Positions 1 through 15,000 of a stretch of DNA of 64,000 bases are shown here, one piece after another. The position numbers were made by a program, and so were the translations under genes. Each line of letters opens with the position of its first letter. Positions within the stretch are counted from its first letter, which is position 1. The DNA is from Myxococcota bacterium (lineage in GTDB: Bacteria > Myxococcota > XYA12-FULL-58-9 > JABJBS01), in the NCBI GenBank assembly GCA_036339465.1, contig JAYZAY010000026.1, positions 19,789-83,788 on the forward strand, written 5' to 3'. The notes under the pieces are model-generated. The model did not search any database. It was not told the DNA's origin and worked only from the letters and a program-made list of their open reading frames with translations.

Positions 1-3000
1 AGATCTGCCTCTCTCCAAAACACACACCAAAATTTTTCGTCACCATGGGCGCCACTAAATTGTGGTCGGGAGCACCATCACAATCATTATCGAGGCCATC
101 GCAGGATTGTTCATTCAATTCATAAGTCGCAAAAAGAACCGCGTAGGGAGGTTCCATCCAAGTTATCTGACCAAACGAATTCTCTATACACACCTTCCTT
201 GCCCCCGAACAGACCCCCTCCTGAAGACTTGCCCGTGGTGCGAGCAGATGCTCGGATTCATCCACTCGACCATCACAATCGTTATCGAGGCCGTCACAAG
301 TCACTTCCTGAGGCTCATAGTTGGCAATATCTTCGAAATCTGGCGCTATCCAGATCTTCTGAATACTGTCACACTCCATTTTTTGAGTTTTACACACGCC
401 CACCGTATTGGCGTCGGGGCGTTTATCAAGGGCGATATTGTCGGTGGTGCCATCACAGTCATTGTCTAAACCGTCACAACTTATTTCTTCCTCTTCATAA
501 AGAAAGTTGCCATTGACATCCTTGATCAACTTATAATTCGGATTCACCCAAATGGGATTTCCCTCCTCATCCACACCACAGACTTTCCTATGGCCCGCAC
601 AAACCCCCACGTTTAAGTCATTCATGGGGCTGTGATTGACGAGGTCACTTGCCTCATCTGCACTACCATCGCAATCATTGTCCAAGCCATCACAGAGGGT
701 TTCAGAATCCTCATAATCGGGCAGCGTATAATAATTAGGTTCGATCCAATTCTTGACCCCATCCCCCGAATCACCGCATCGCTTCTTCGACATGACAGAG
801 CACACCCCCACAGTTTTTTCTGCCTTGGGTGCAGAAAGGTCGATACCTTCATCGGTGCTCCCATCACAATCATTGTCGAGACCGTCGCATATGGTCTCCA
901 CCGACTCGTAAATCATTTCGCCGTCTTCATCGCGAATAAAATTGTAGTCTGGGTCGATCCAACCCGTTCCTTGACCATTGCCAAGGGCCCCACAGAGTTT
1001 CTTTTGCCCCACACAAATACCATCCTGGAAGGACGCATTGGGACGAAAATCTTCCAAATCCTCATCCACTTGTCCGTCGCAGTCGTTGTCCAAACCGTCG
1101 CATAGGGTCTCCACGGGCTCGTAGAGCTCAATGCTCAAAAGATTGGGTTCTTGCCACCGATTGTCCCCTGCACAATATTTTCTCGAATTTTGGCACACAC
1201 CTTTTTGATTTTGGGCCAGAGGTTTGTCCAAATCTTCATCCACAACATCATCACAGTCGTTGTCGAGACCATCACAAGTTGTTTCATCGGCTTCATAAGC
1301 AACCACAGTCGCCAAATAGTCGGGATCCATCCAACCACTAACACCTCGGCAAACTTGGCGCTGCCCCAAACACTGCCCTGATTGTTTGGTCGCAAATGGA
1401 GTATCCACATAACCTGCCTCTCCGGAAATCGGGCAATCGATCGTGGATACGGAATCGCCGGGGGGCCGGTCGTGAAAAGTCCCACTTCCTGCTAAACATT
1501 CATCGACCAAACCATCGCAATCATTATCCACGCCATCGCAGAGGGTCTCGCGTATCTCATAGTTGTCAATTTCAAGGTAGTTGGGATCTTGCCACTGATT
1601 AATGCCCGCACAAATCTTGGTCGCCCTCGCCGCACATACACCCAAAGTCTTACTTCCAGCCGGAGCGTCTTCAGTGGATGCAAGGTTGTCGGCTGTGCCA
1701 TCACAATCGTTGTCGAGGCCATCACATCGGGTTTCTGTGATTTCGAATACATTATCAGAAACCGTAATGAAATAATCCGGTTCTACCCAAGTATAGTTTC
1801 CGACCTCATCCAATCCACAGTATTGACGCTGTCCTTCACAAACCCCGTCTTGCTTGGAAGACAATGGTCGATAGGGAGCAAGTTTAGGCGGATCATCCAC
1901 CGTTCCATTACAATCATTGTCCAAGCCATCACAAAGCGTCTCGGTTTCCTGGTAAACCAAATCGAACATATTGTAGACAGCTGGCGCATAGACAGGCTCA
2001 TTCCATTGCCAACCACTGCCCCCATCACTCCCACATTCTTTCCGAACTCCCTTACACACCCCCAACTGTTGGGTGGATAAAGGCAAGTCTGTGATATTGT
2101 CCACCACACCATCACAGTCATTGTCTAAACCATCGCAGGAAACTTCAGCGAATTCATAATCGGCGATGGTAGCCAGGGTGGGCTCTTGATAAACACCATT
2201 GCGACACACCTTTTTCGAATTCAAACAAGTACCTTTTTGGTTCGTGCCTAAAACCAGTAAATACTCATCGATGTTGTCAATCACCCCATCACAATCATTG
2301 TCGACACCATCACAAGAAATCTCCAACACCTCAAAGCTCACGGTGTGGTTCAAATAGGTGGGTTCGCGCCACATGGTGATACCGTCTCGGGTCTCACAAA
2401 CCTTCTTAGCACCATTACAGACCCCCTTCGAATTGTCTGCTTCAGGTCCAATCAGATCTTCATCCGTATCTCCATCACAATCATTGTCCAAGCCATCACA
2501 CAAAGACTCATTGGGCTCATAATTAGGAAAGGCCGTGTAGTCGGGCTCCAACCAATTTCCGTTTTCACAAACCTGCTTCGCAGTGATACACACACCAGCA
2601 GCTCTGTCTCCTGCCGCCGCAGTCACCGCCACACTGGATTCATCAATCTCGCCGTCGCAGTCATTATCCTCACCATCGCATGTACGTTCTGACACTTCAT
2701 AACCGGAAATATTATCCACCGGGAGATCTTCCCATGTTCCGGCATTACAACTCTGCAATTGATTCTTGCACACCCCACTTCTCAAACCAGGCTCGGGTTT
2801 TTGCTGTACCAACCCTTCGTCATACACCCCATCGCAATCATCATCTACCCCATCGCATTTGTCGCAGTCTGCGACCCCATCACATGACTTCGGTTCCAAT
2901 TCAGGCAGCGCGTTTTTATGACTGTCACACAAAAGAGTCCGCTGATCCTCCCCACAAATAACGCGGCCGCCCCCACACAACCCAACCCCACACGACATAC

Positions 3001-6000
3001 CCTTTGTTAGGCCACTGTCACCATTGGAGTCTGTAAAAGTCCCCACACAGTCTTCGGTCAGGCAAGTCTCGGTGCCAAATTCCGCCGCGGAGATATAGGG
3101 ATCATCGACCACCCCATTACAATCGTTATCGAGCTCATCACAAAGGGTTTCCGTTTCTTCATAATCGGGGAGCACTGTATAATCCGGCTCTTTCCAGGTA
3201 CCCGATACATTGTCACAATACTTCCTCTGGTCATGACAGACCCCATATTGCATCGCCGCCAACGGACGTTGCTCACTGTTTAAGGCCAGGTTATCCACAA
3301 TACCGTCACAATCATTGTCGAGGCCGTCACAGGAAATTTCTATTTCTTCATAACCTGCCACCAAAGCGACGTAATTTGGTGTAATCCAAGTCTTAGAAAC
3401 GGAATCACATACTCTCTTTTGCCCCGCACAAACCCCTACCCCCAAGGCATCGGGCCTAGAATCCAAAGCAATCTCGTCGATATCCCCATCACAATCGTTG
3501 TCCAAGCCATCACAGGAAACTTCCACCACTTCGTAGTTTGCCAAAGAAGCGAGATAATCAGGCTCAATCCAAGTCTTGGTGCCGTCGTCGTCTAGGCCAC
3601 ATACCCGCTTGGCACCTGCACAAACACCCACATTTTTAATGGCGTTGGGATAGAGCAGCTTGTCCTGACTCAAATTATCAATCAGCCCATCACAGTTGTT
3701 GTCCAAACCGTCACAGAGAGTCTCTTGGGGCTCATAGGTTTGAATGGCCAGGGTATAGTCTGGCTCATTCCATTTCTTAAGTGCCGAATCGCATTCCATT
3801 TTCTGCCCAGAACAGACCCCACTGGCCGCAGCATTGGGGCGATGCTCTACGAGAATATTGTCGATCATACCATCGCAGTCATTGTCCAAGCCATCACAGC
3901 TTGTCTCAGGCATTTCGTAGCCGTCGACGGTGACGTTATAGGTTGGGTCAATCCAAGTCTTAATACCATCGCTGTCGGTACCGCAGATCTTTTTGGCACT
4001 GGCGCATACCCCCGTGGCTTTGGTGGCCATAGGGTGCTGCTCTACGCCCTGTGACAAGTTATCAATCACCCCATCACAGTTATTGTCGAGACCGTCACAC
4101 AGGGTTTCAGACGCCTGATAACTCGCAATGGCCAAGGCGTAATCAGGCTCTTCCCAAGCCTTCTCTTCCGAATTACACACCATTTTCTGCCCCCCACACA
4201 CACCACTGGTCGCAGCATCGGGACGGCTCTCACTCAAGATATTATCCACCACCCCATCACAATCATTGTCCAAACCATCACAACTGGATTCAGACACTTC
4301 GTAATCCACCACCGTCACCCCGTAATCAGGCTCCACCCAGGTCTTGACACCATCCAAGTTGGTGCCACAAACCTTCTTAACGTCGGCGCAAACCCCAACC
4401 ACCATTTTCGCCGAAGGATAGAGCGTTGGAGCTTGCTGTAAATTGTCCACCACCCCATCACAATCGTTATCCAAACCATCGCAAAGGGTTTCGGATGCCT
4501 GATAGGTTGCGATGGCCAAAGCATAGTTAGGCTCTTCCCAACGGGTCTCTTGGGTGTTGCAGTCCATTTTCTGCCCCACACACACACCACTGGTGACCGC
4601 ATCCGGGCGGTTGACACTAACAATATTGTCCACCACGCCATCGCAATCATTGTCTAAGCCGTCACAACTCATTTCCGAAGCTTCGAAATTAACCACCGTC
4701 ACGCTGTAATCGGGTTCCGACCAAACCTTCTCGCCATTTTCGTTGGCAGCACAAACTTTCTTGGCATCCATGCAGACACCAATTTTTTTGGTGGCCGATG
4801 GATAGAGAGAAGCAACCTGCGACAAATTATCCACCACCCCATCACAATCATTGTCCAAACCGTCACAAAGGGTTTCTGCGGCTTCATAGGTAGAAACTGC
4901 CGCGGCGTAATCGGGTTCTTCCCAAGCCTTTAAGCCACTATTGCATGACATTTTGCGACCAGCACATACGCCGCTGGTAATGGTCTCAGGGCGATTCTCA
5001 TTGATAATATTATCCACCACCCCATCACAGTCGTTGTCCAAACCATCGCAACTGGTCTCAGTGGCTTCGTAGTTGATAACTGTAAGTGCATAGTCAGGCT
5101 CGATCCAGGTCTTCAAACCATCCTCGCCGAAGCCACATACCTTTTTCAAACCGCTACAAACCCCAGAAGCTCGTATGGCCTGGGGATGTTCATCCGTGGG
5201 CTGTGATAGGTTGTCAACCAATCCATCACAATTGTTATCGAGACCATCACATTTGGTTTCCGCTGACTGGTAGCTCGCAATCGTCAAGGAATAATCCGGC
5301 TCTACCCAAGCTTTTTGCTCACTGTCGCAAACCATCTTCTGGCCCACACACACACCAGTGCTCACTGCATCCGGACGATCGGCCTTTAGGATATTATCGA
5401 CTAAGCCATCACAATCATTGTCCAAACCATCACAGAGGGTTTCAGTCCCCTGGTAGGTGGTGATGGCCACCGCATAGTTGGGCTCTTCCCAGGTTTTTTG
5501 GTTCAGATTACAGACCATTTTTTGCCCCACACACACGCCACCCACAGCAACCACCGGGCGATTGGCCTTGATTATGTTATCGACTCCCCCATCACAGTCA
5601 TTATCCAAGCCATCACAAACAGTTTCTGAAGATTCGAAATCCAAAATGACATCAGCATAGTCGGGTTCAACCCAAGTCTTATTACCCTCACCGTCCTCGC
5701 CACAAACCTTTCTTACCTCAGAGCAGACCCCCGCATTCTTAATGGCCTGGGGATAAGAGTCGGCATCCTGAGACAAATTATCAACCAACCCATCACAGTT
5801 GTTATCGAGACCATCGCACAAGGTCTCATCCGTCTCGTAGCTGGGGATAGCCACGGCATAGTCTGGTTCTTCCCAAGTTTTTAGGGCACTGTTGCAGACC
5901 ATTTTCTGGCCCACACACACACCACCCACAGACACATCCGGGCGGTTGCCCCTAAGGATATTGTCTGCCGTTCCATCACAGTCATTGTCCAAACCATCGC

Positions 6001-9000
6001 AGATCGTCTCTATGGGTTCGTAATTTGGGACAGCATCTTCGTAGTTGGGATCGAGCCAGACCTTCAAACCAGTGTCGCCCGTGCCACATACTCTTTTAAC
6101 ACCAGCACAGACCCCAACTTTTTTTGTGGCCAGAGGATAGGTATCCACCGTCTGGGATAAATTATCCACCACGCCATCGCAGTTGTTGTCTAAACCGTCA
6201 CAAAGGGTTTCTGATGCCTCATAGGAACCAATACTCAAACTATAGTCGGGTTCTTCCCAAGATTTGCTATCACTATCGCAAACCATTCTCTGCCCCGCAC
6301 ACACGCCTCCAGCAGAAACCACCGGTCGATTGGCCTTAAGGATGGTATCAACTGCACCATCGCAGTCATTGTCCAAACCGTCACAGATGGTTTCGACCTC
6401 TTCGTAGCCAACAACCACATCACCATAAACAGGGTCAAGCCAAGCCTTCAAACCATTGTCGCCCGTGCCACAGATTTTCTTCACGTCGGCACAAACCCCG
6501 ACCCTTTTTGTGGCCTGGGGATACCCATCCACAGCCTGAGACAAATTGTCTACCACACCATCGCAGTTGTTGTCTAAACCGTCACAAAGGGTTTCTGATG
6601 CCTCATAGGAACCAATACTCAAACTATAGTCGGGTTCTTCCCAAGATTTGCTATCACTATCGCAAACCATTCTCTGCCCCACACACACGCCTCCGGCAGA
6701 CACCACCGGACGATTGTTATTCGCAATGTTGTCGACAATACCGTCGCAATCATTGTCCAAGCCATCACAGAGGGTTTCGACCTCTTCATAATTCAAGACA
6801 ACATCACCATAAACGGGGTCAAGCCAAGCCTTCAAACCATTGTCGTCGGTGCCACATAGCCTCTTAACACCCGCACAAACCCCTACCTTTTTCGTGGCCG
6901 CAGGATAAGCGTCCTGGTCCTGGGATAAATTATCCACCACCCCATCGCAGTTGTTATCGAGCCCGTCGCAAAGCGTTTCGGCCGCCTCATAGGTGCCAAT
7001 TGCCAAACTATAGTCGGGCTCCTCCCAAGCCTTGGTCACGCTATTGCAGGCCATCTTCTGACCGGTGCAAACACCACCGGCGGTCACATCGGGTCGATCG
7101 GCTTTAATAATATCATCCACGGTGCCGTCGCAATCATTGTCCAAACCATCACAGAGGGTTTCTTCCTCTTGGTAACCTACAACAACATCACCATAGACCG
7201 GATCAAGCCAGTCCTTCTCTCCACTCTCGTCGGTGCCACACACTCTCCTAACAGTGGCACAAACCCCAACCCTTTTTGTGGCCTGGGGATAAGCATCTCC
7301 AGCTTGGGACAAATTGTCCACCACCCCATCACAGTTGTTATCCAAACCATCACAGAGGGTTTCTGACTCTTCGTAAGTTGAAATCGACAAACTATAGTCA
7401 GGCTCTTCCCAGGCTTTACTAGCACTGTTGCAAACCATTCTCTGACCCACACAAACACCACCAGCGGTGACGAGGGGACGGTTTGCCTGAATCATGTTGT
7501 CGGCCACACCATCGCAGTCATTGTCTAAACCATCACAGATACTTTCGACCTCTTCGTAATTTGAGATGACATCCCCATAAACCGGATCAAGCCAGACCTT
7601 GGTTCCATTCTCGGCCTCCCCACAAATTCTCTTAACATCGGCACAAACTCCCACCTTTTTGGTGGCCGCAGGATAAGCCCCCGCTTCCTGGGATAAATTG
7701 TCCACCACCCCATCGCAGTTGTTGTCCAAGCCATCGCAGAGGGTTTCAGCCGCTTCATAGGAGGGAATGGCCAAGCTATAATCCGGCTCTTCCCAAGCTT
7801 TGTTCTCACTGTTGCAAACCATTTTCTGACCCACACACACCCCACCCCCAACAACATCCGGACGATTGGCCTTGATGATATTGTCAACGAGTCCATCGCA
7901 GTCATTGTCTAAACCATCACAAATGCTTTCGACCACTTCATAATTGACCACCGCATCACCATAGTCGGGATCAAGCCAGGCCTTCTTACCAGTCTCATCC
8001 GTCCCGCAAATTCTCTTAACGACCGAACAAACACCGACCTTTTTCGTGGCCGCGGGATAGGCATCAGCTGCCTGAGATAAGTTGTCCACGAGCCCATCAC
8101 AATTGTTGTCCAAGCCATCACAAAGGGTTTCTGATGCCTCATAGGTGAGAATCGCCAAACCATAGTCCGGTTCTTCCCATGCTTTTGCCACTGAATTGCA
8201 GACCATTTTCTGACCCACACAAACACCACCCGCGCTTACCTCCGGGCGATTCGCCTTGGCGATATTGTCAACCAGACCATCACAATTATTGTCTAAGCCG
8301 TCGCAGATTGTTTCTTCTATTTCGTAATTTAGGACAACATCGCCATAATCGGGGTCAACCCATGTTTTCGTACCGTTTTCATCCGTGCTGCACACTCTCT
8401 TAACATCAGCACAAACGCCCACCTTTTTCGTGCCTTGGGGATAATCATCGGTGGACTGGGATAAATTGTCCACCACTCCATCACAGTTGTTATCCAACCC
8501 GTCACAAAGAGTCTCAGAGGCCTCATAGGTGGCAATCGCCAAAGCGTAGTCAGGTTCTTCCCACGTTTTAAGGAGACTATTGCAAATCATTTTCTTGCCC
8601 ACACAAACACCACCACTGGCAACGGTGGGGCGGTTATCCTTCCCAATATCGTCCACAATACCATTGCAGTCATTATCCAAACCATCACAGATGGTTTCCG
8701 CTACTTCGTAATTAAAAACGGAATCACCATAGTCTGGGTCAATCCAGGTTTTTGAACCATGGACATCCGTGCCACAAACCTTCCTTACATCCGCACAAAC
8801 ACCCACCTTCTTTGTTGCCTGGGGATATGAGTCCGGAGTCTGAGACAAGTTGTCCACCACCCCGTCACAGTTGTTGTCCAAGCCGTCACAAAGAGTTTCC
8901 GAATCCTCATAGTCCCCAATCAAAACACTATAATCAGGTTCCACCCAGGCCGTTAGGCCGCTGTTGCAAACCATTTTCTGGCCCACACACACACCACTGC

Positions 9001-12000
9001 TCGATACCTGTGGGCGATTTTGTAAAGCGATATTGTCGACCACCCCATCGCAATCATTATCCAAACCATCACAGCTCAGATCCGATTCCTCATAGGTTGC
9101 CACTTCCAAAGCATAGTCCGGCTCAATCCAGGTTTTATCCCCATTCTCATTGGTTCCACATAACTTTCTTATATCGCCACAAACACCAGACGTCTTACTT
9201 GCCAGAGGATATTGATTCGGCAACTGCAATAGATTATCAACAACACCATCACAATCATTATCCATACCATCGCAATAGGTTTCCGACACTTCGTAATTAG
9301 CGACAGACTCAGAGTAATCCGGATCCACCCAGGTTTTAATACCATTCTCATCTGTAGCGCATATTTTTCTCACATTGGCACAGAGGCCAGAAATTTTTGT
9401 TGCGAGTGGGTAGAGTTCTTTGGACTGAGATAAATTATCGACCACACCATCACAATTATTGTCTAAGCCGTCACAGAGGGTTTCTGATGATTCATAAGAA
9501 GAAATAATCAAGCCATAGTTGGGTTCTTCCCAGGTTTTCAGAGCCGTATTACAAACCATTTTCTGGCCCACACACACTCCACTCGCCGCCACGTCGGGAC
9601 GATTCTGCGTCATAATATTGTCGATAACGCCGTCACAATCATTGTCCAAACCATCACAGCTTAATTCCGGTGACTCAAAATTAATCACTGTCACCCCGTA
9701 GTCCGGATTGACCCAAGTCTTTTTGCCATTCTCGTCGGTGCCGCAAACTTTCTTTGCATCCGCACAAACACCAACGTTTTTAGTAGCCGCTGGGTAGAGC
9801 TCCACCGCTTGAGAGAGATTGTCCACCACCCCATCACAGTCGTTATCCAAATCATCACAAAGGGTTTCTGAAACCTGGTAACTCGCAACAGATATGGAAT
9901 AGTCCGGTTCAATCCATTTGGTTTCCGCGCTATTACAAACCAATTTCTGCCCCGCACATACACCACTGTTGGCTGCAAGGGGACGATTGGCTGCAATAAT
10001 GTTATCGATCGCACCGTCGCAATCATTGTCCAAACCATCACAGCTCATCTCTGATTCCTCGAATTTTTCGACGAACGTCCCAAAGTCTGGATCAACCCAA
10101 GTTTTAACACCAGCATCGTTGGTACCACATACCTTCTTTGCCCCCACGCACACACCGACACTCTTGGTCGCCACAGGATAGAGGTCCACAACTTGGGATA
10201 AATTGTCGATCATTCCATCGCAATTGTTGTCCAAACCGTCACAAAGGGTTTCTGATGCTTCATAGGTAGCAATGGCCAAAGCATAGTTTGGTTCTTCCCA
10301 ACGGGTTTCGCCGCTATTACAAACCATTTTCTGGCCGGTACAAACCCCGCTATTTGCCGCATCGGGACGGTTCTGCGAAACGATATTGTCCACCACGCCA
10401 TCGCAATCATTGTCTAAACCATCACAACTCATCTCCGATGCTTCAAAGTTTGCGACATTCGTACCATAGTCCGGTTCAATCCAGGCCTTGTTACCACTGG
10501 CATTGGTCCCACAAGCTTTTTTCGTCCCCACACAAACACCGATATTTTTCGCTGCCGTTGGATATAGATCGGCGACTTGGGAAAGATTATCGATCATCCC
10601 ATCGCAATTGTTATCCAAACCATCACAAAGAGTTTCCGCCGCCTGATAGCTCACGACAGTCAATGCGTAGTTGGGTTCTTCCCAAACTTTGCCGGCCGTA
10701 TTACAAACCATTTTCTGGCCATTACAAACACCACTGGTGGCAGCGTCAGGCCGGTTGTCATGAACAATATTGTCCACCACCCCATCACAGTCGTTGTCCA
10801 AACCATCGCAACTTTTTTCCTCCAGCTCGAAATTTACAACCGTCACGCCATAGTCGGGGTCGATCCAAGCCTTGGTACCACTGTCTAAACCACAGATTTT
10901 TTTAACGCCCGCGCAAACACCACTGGACTTGGTTGCTGCTGGATAAAGGCCAACGTCTTGCGACAGATTATCGATAACCCCATCGCAGTTGTTATCTAGC
11001 CCATCGCACAGGGTCTCGGCGGCCTGATAGGAGGTGATTGCTAGGGCATAATTGGGTTCATCCCAACGGGATTCATCACTATTACACTCCATTTTCTGCC
11101 CCGCACATACCCCACTTGTAACCGCACTGGGACGATTCCCTGTGATGATATTGTCCACCACCCCATCACAATCATTGTCTAAATTATCACAGCTTTTTTC
11201 TGACGATTCGTAATTTGGGACGGTTACGCCATAATCAGGATCGATCCAATTTTTGTCGCCATGCTCGTCGGTGCCACAAATTTTTCGAACACCGGCACAA
11301 ACACCGATATTGCGCGTTGCCAAAGGATGTTGATCCACAGTTTGGGATAAATTGTCGACCACCCCATCGCAGTTGTTATCCAATCCATCACAGAGGGTCT
11401 CAGCGGCCTGATAGGTTGGTATCGCCAATGAATAATTGGGTTCGTCCCAACGAGAAGCGCCGCTATTGCATTCCATTTTTTGTCCCACACACACACCACT
11501 GGTGACAGCATCGGGACGGTTTCCAGTGATAATATTATCGACGACCCCATCACAATCGTTGTCCACATTGTCACAGCTCTTCTCCGACGCTTCATAAGTC
11601 TGAACCGTGACGCCATAGTCTGGGTCCACCCAATCCTTCTGACCCAATGCGTTGGTTCCACAAATTTTTCGAACATCAGCACAGACCCCAATATTTTTGG
11701 TGGCTAGGGGATGCTCGCTTGTGGGTTGGGATAAGTTATCCACCACCCCATCACAGTTATTGTCCAAACCATCACAGAGAGTTTCAGATGCCTGATAGGT
11801 GGCAATAGACAAAGGATAGTCCGGTTCCTCCCAAGCCTTAAGGGCTGTATTACAAATCATTTTCTGGCCCACACACACACCACTGGTCGCTGCGTCCGGG
11901 CGATTGACCTTGACAATATTATCTACGATACCATCACAATCATTATCCAACTCATCACAGCTAACCTCAGGCGATTCGTAATTTGGCACCGTAACCACAT

Positions 12001-15000
12001 AATCCGGTTCAACCCAAGCCTTGTCTCCATTTGGAAGGGACCCACAATCCTTCTTCACATTGAGACAAACCCCCACCTTTTTGTCGGCATCTGGAAAGGT
12101 TGTACTGTCTTGGGTTAGATTGTCGACGAGGCCATCACAATCATTATCCAAGCCATCACAGAGCGTTTCTTCGACCTCATAGGTTGGTATATCCGTGTAA
12201 TTTGGGTTGACCCACACTGCTCCACCCTCAGCATCAACACATGATTTACGCAAAACAGAACACACCCCTGCGCTCTTGTCTGCATGGGGTCTAAACCCTT
12301 CGGCAATCACATCCACACTGCCATCACAATCATTGTCTAGGTTGTCACAGGTCTCTTCTTGATGTTCGTAACCACCGGTGTGTTTCGCGGTTCCTATCCA
12401 AGCCGGATCACGCCACTGTCCATTGGCACATTCCTGTCGATAACTGTTGGTTAGACATACCCCGAAAGGCGTCGACACTAAGGGTCTGTCCGCTTCTGCA
12501 ATTTCATCGATTAACCCGTTACAGTCGTTATCCAAACCATCGCACGTCTTTTCAATCGCTTCATAACCCACCACCTCCGAATCGACCCAATCGAAGGTAA
12601 TATTCCCAAAGCCATCATCGCTTGACCGGCAAAGCTGCTTTTCATTGGCACAAACCCCACTGTTTCCCAAGGTCACTTGGGGCTTGGACACATTGGCAAT
12701 ATCGTCGACGGCACCGTTGCAGTCATTGTCTTTACCGTCACAAGTAATTTCTTCCAACTCGTAATTTTCCGTATTGGTAAAAGTTGGGTCCTGCCACCCG
12801 AGTGCACTCCGACACAATTTCTTTAGGCCAGTGCAAACGCCCACTGATTTGGAAGAGGACGGCCTCTCAAAATATTGAGCGGTACCTGGCGCTGGACACG
12901 CACTCCCATCTCCTTCGGTGGTAACATCCTCCACCAAACATTCATCGGTTTTACCGTCACAGTCGTTGTCTAAGCCATCGCAACCTTGCTCCTTATCCTC
13001 ATATTGCAACACCGAAGAAAAGGGCAGCTGCACCCAAGCACCACCGTCACATGTGTTTTGGACGGTTAAACAAACACCATTTCTCATTTCCGCCGGAATC
13101 GCCGCCTTTTCATCATCCGTAAGAGGTTCGTAGAGACCATCACTTACAGCACCATCACAATCATCATCCACAGAATCGCAAATATCACAATCGTCCACGC
13201 CATCGCAGCTCTTCGGGATTTTCTCACTCCGGATAAGGCCGTGAGAGTCACACTCCAAACTAATTTTATTGGCTGCACAAACGACCGACCCTCCAGCACA
13301 TAATCCGGACCCACAACCCATCTCTTTGTACAAATCCGTGGTGCCGTTAAGAGCATCGGTCATAGGAGCGCCGGAAGGAAACACGAAGGGGTCATCAACA
13401 ACACCATCGCAGTCATTGTCTAAACCATCACAAGAAACCTCGATCTCTTCATAATCGACGCCATAGTTGGTGGGGTCTTTCCATCCATTGCTTCCGTCAC
13501 AAGTTTGTCGCACGGTGGCACATACACCGTCCTGCATGGCTGCAAAAGGTGTGCTGGCTTCAGGGATCTGATTATCCACCAAACCATCGCAATTATCGTC
13601 GATGCCATTACAGGATTCATTCAATGAATAGGCAGGGATGGAGCTATATACATTTTCCCAATTGTAGACGCCTCCTCCTAGGTTTACACAAGATTTGCGT
13701 TGGCCTAAACACGCACCCGTATTATTGGTAACAAAGGGCCTATTGCTCGTGGCAATATTGTCCACATCACCATCACAATCATTATCGAGACCGTCACAAA
13801 GTGTTTCTTGTGCTTGATAGTTTTCTACCAGCGCCGTGCTAGGGTCAATCCAGCCAAACGCCCCTTGGCAAATTTGCTTTTGTTCCGAGCATACGCCCTG
13901 GGATTTCGTCGCCGGAAAAGGTTTACGTATTTCAGAGCAGGCAACCAAAGCACCTTCAACACTGTAGTCCTTTTCCTCTCCGGATTCATTTAAGCACTCA
14001 TCAACCAAACCATCACAGTCATTGTCTAGACCGTCACAAATCTCATCGATATTATATCCGGCAACCAATGTGTAATTCGGTTCAACCAAGGCACCGTTAT
14101 CGCAAACTTTTTTCTGATTGGCGCATACCCCATCCTGCTTATCGGCATCGACGATAACAATGTCTGGGTCATCGGTGTCGGTCAATCCATCACAATCGTC
14201 ATCGAGGCTGTTACAAATTTCAGCCGTAGCCGCAATATCGTTAATACATACTGGTTCACCACTCTGACAATCATAATTTCCACGAGCGCAACTGTCTAGG
14301 TCAGCGCCGGAATCACAGGCGGTCGAAAACTCAGGGGTCAGGGCCAAATCGTCCATCTCGTCGACATCGCCGTCGCAGTCTTCGTCAAGGGTGTCACAAA
14401 GGAGCTCTTTACCAGGCACAAATTTTGGATGATTCGGAGAGCCCCTTAGGAGCGATTCGTCGCATTGAAGGAGTTCTCCATTGACGCAATATTTATACAC
14501 GCCTTTACAAACTCCCGAATCTTCTCCGGTGACCTCCAACGAACAAAGCCCGTAGCTCTTGGCGTCTTTCGTAAACTCATACGCAAGTCCCAAGGTGGGA
14601 TTGTCATCGAGCGGGTCTTCATCAATAATGCCATTGCAATTGTCATCTAGGTTGTTACATTCCTCCGGGTTGGCGCCATACAAAGCAAGTTTTTCTTCCG
14701 CCACCGATAGGGCATTACAAACAGACTTTGTCTTATCACTGTGGCAAACCGTAATACCCGTCGCCACACACGGTGAATTAGGATACACCGAGCAAACCTG
14801 GTTCAAATCAAAAATAACCTCTTCTCGGGTCGATACGTTGCAATCATTATCTATCCCGTCACAGAGCTCTTCGAAATTTTCGTTCTCATCGCAGTATTTC
14901 CCCAGCTGCTCGGTACATGCCCAAATGCCATTCTCGCAGTGGTCGGAATCCTCGGAATCACATCTTGTTCCCAATTCAGGATAGTGCTCATCGGTTAAGC

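Noticed and set aside
3480..12150. Regularly spaced repeats as a possible CRISPR array
   Set aside because: The repeats are degenerate at third codon positions, spacing is a multiple of 3 (183/201 bp), the spacers are homologous to each other, and there are no cas genes; this is a coding repeat.
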